64,000 nucleotides of DNA, taken from contig DASZBS010000021.1 in assembly GCA_035943995.1 (NCBI GenBank), positions 58,604-122,603 of the forward strand, given 5' to 3'. The notes below the pieces were generated by a model that did no database searches, was not told the origin of the DNA, and was given only the letters and a program-made list of their open reading frames with translations. How positions within the stretch are numbered: position 1 is the stretch's first letter; each line of letters opens with the position of its first letter. This document shows positions 62,893 to 64,000 of the stretch, piece by piece. Origin of the DNA: Candidatus Elarobacter sp. GTDB lineage: Bacteria > Vulcanimicrobiota > Vulcanimicrobiia > Vulcanimicrobiales > Vulcanimicrobiaceae. Made by a program: the position numbers and the translations under genes.

Positions 62893-64000
62893 GGCCCGTG
62901 CCTCCGACCGTGCACGACGACAGCTTCACCGTCGGGATCCCGACGCCGACGGGGACGCGCTGCCCGCCTTTACCGCACGTGTACGAGCGGTTCGCGAGCC
63001 GGCCGTCGTGGCCGACCATCGTGACCTTGGTCATCGCATCCGGACCGTTGCCGACCAGCGTCGCGCCGCGCACCGGCGCGGTGATCTTGCCGTGCTCGAT
63101 CAGATAGCCTTCGGCGATCATGAACACGAAGTCGCCCTTGCTGATCTCGACCTGCCCGCCGCTGAACGACGTCGCGTAGAGCCCGCGGTCGATCGAGCCG
63201 ACGATCTCCTCGGGCGTCGACGTGCCCGCCGGCATGAACGTGTTGCACATGCGCGGCTGCGGCAGCACGCGGTACGACTCGCGCCGCCCGCTCCCCGTCG
63301 ACGCGACGCCCATCAGCCGCGCGTTCAAACGATCCTGCATGTAGCCGCGCAAGATGCCGCGGTCGACGAGCACCTTGTGCTGGCCCGGAGTGCCTTCGTC
63401 GTCGACGGCGACGGTGCCGCGCTCGCCGGGCAGATCGCCGTCGTCGAAGATCGTCACGAGATCGCTCGCTACCCGCTCGCCCACGCGCCCCGCATACAAC
63501 GACGTTCCCTTGCGGTTGAAGTCGGCCTCGAGACCGTGCCCGACCGCCTCGTGCAGGAGCACGCCGCCGCCGCCCGCGCCGATGACCACGGGCAGCTCGC
63601 CGGCGGGCGCCTCGCGCGCGCCGAGCTTGATCGTCGCGATGCGCGCCGACTCGCGCGCGAGTGACTCCGGCGTGGTTACGTCGAACACGTCGATGCTCGT
63701 GCGGCCGCCGTCGCCGATGTAGCCGTTCTCGCGGCGCCCGTTCTCGCGCGCGACGACCTGCACGCCGAGCGACACCAGCGGCCGCCGGTCGGTCACCACG
63801 CGCCCGTCGCTCGACGCGATCTGCACGTACTGCAGCTCGTCGGTGACGGCGGCGTTCACCGACACCACGCGCGGATCGAACGCGCGCGCCGCGACGTCCG
63901 CACGCGCCAGCAGGTCGACGTACCGCGCCGAGTCCGCCGGCTCGTCCGCATGCGCGTCGTACATCGACGGCGCGGACGCAGCGGCCAACTGCACGACCAC
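62885..64000 (-). CDS. tldD: TldD metalloprotease (5'-truncated by window edge)
   Basis: GVLLHEAVGHGLEADF, DDEGTP, GRRESY...P.PRM.NT, CGKGGQ.VPVGVG.PT. Confidence 0.94.
   Translation of the reverse strand: MVVQLAAASAPSMYDAHADEPADSARYVDLLARADVAARAFDPRVVSVNAAVTDELQYVQIASSDGRVVTDRRPLVSLGVQVVARENGRRENGYIGDGGRTSIDVFDVTTPESLARESARIATIKLGAREAPAGELPVVIGAGGGGVLLHEAVGHGLEADFNRKGTSLYAGRVGERVASDLVTIFDDGDLPGERGTVAVDDEGTPGQHKVLVDRGILRGYMQDRLNARLMGVASTGSGRRESYRVLPQPRMCNTFMPAGTSTPEEIVGSIDRGLYATSFSGGQVEISKGDFVFMIAEGYLIEHGKITAPVRGATLVGNGPDAMTKVTMVGHDGRLANRSYTCGKGGQRVPVGVGIPTVKLSSCTVGGTGRG

Noticed and set aside
61543-64000. TldD/PmbA as the processing protease for the small peptides
   Set aside because: About 11 kb away, separately organised, and a widespread housekeeping pair; no sequence evidence of a link.
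1-64000. CRISPR array, tRNA, rRNA, IS elements or prophage
   Set aside because: No regularly spaced repeat-spacer array, cloverleaf, rRNA-like stretch, transposase, integrase or phage structural gene was seen on manual reading; a covariance-model scan could still find small RNAs.

Overview
High-GC (about 70% by eye) bacterial chromosomal window. Gene style and the many secreted hypothetical proteins suggest Ca. Eremiobacterota/Vulcanimicrobiota; this is an inference and was not checked. Most of it is housekeeping or metabolic: queD/queE, futalosine menaquinone genes mqnB/mqnD, namZ, glcDE plus a YtpB-like terpene cyclase, a PadR-led beta-oxidation operon, trxB, a NfeD/flotillin/PspA module, tandem TlpA-TPR proteins, an ABC transporter, malic enzyme, a class III cyclase, threonine aldolase and tldD/pmbA. 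Accessory material: (i) a lower-GC REase-STAND NTPase gene (46074-48356); (ii) a low-GC Mrr-like nuclease with a C-terminal Cys4 motif inserted right behind pmbA; (iii) three copies of a CGTC/TGTC-tagged REP-like palindrome, two of which contribute to coding sequence; (iv) the best candidate for an undescribed system, a DUF6338-like membrane protein followed by three translationally coupled small peptides (49836-51097, minus strand). Two of the peptides are absent from the ORF track. Together they carry four copies of a conserved core G[HY][KR]G-x5-P-x4/5-T-x4-S[AS]VP. A candidate ~100-nt structured RNA lies convergent to this operon. No tRNA, rRNA, CRISPR array, integrase or transposase was seen. 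All family assignments come from motif recognition only; no database search was run.
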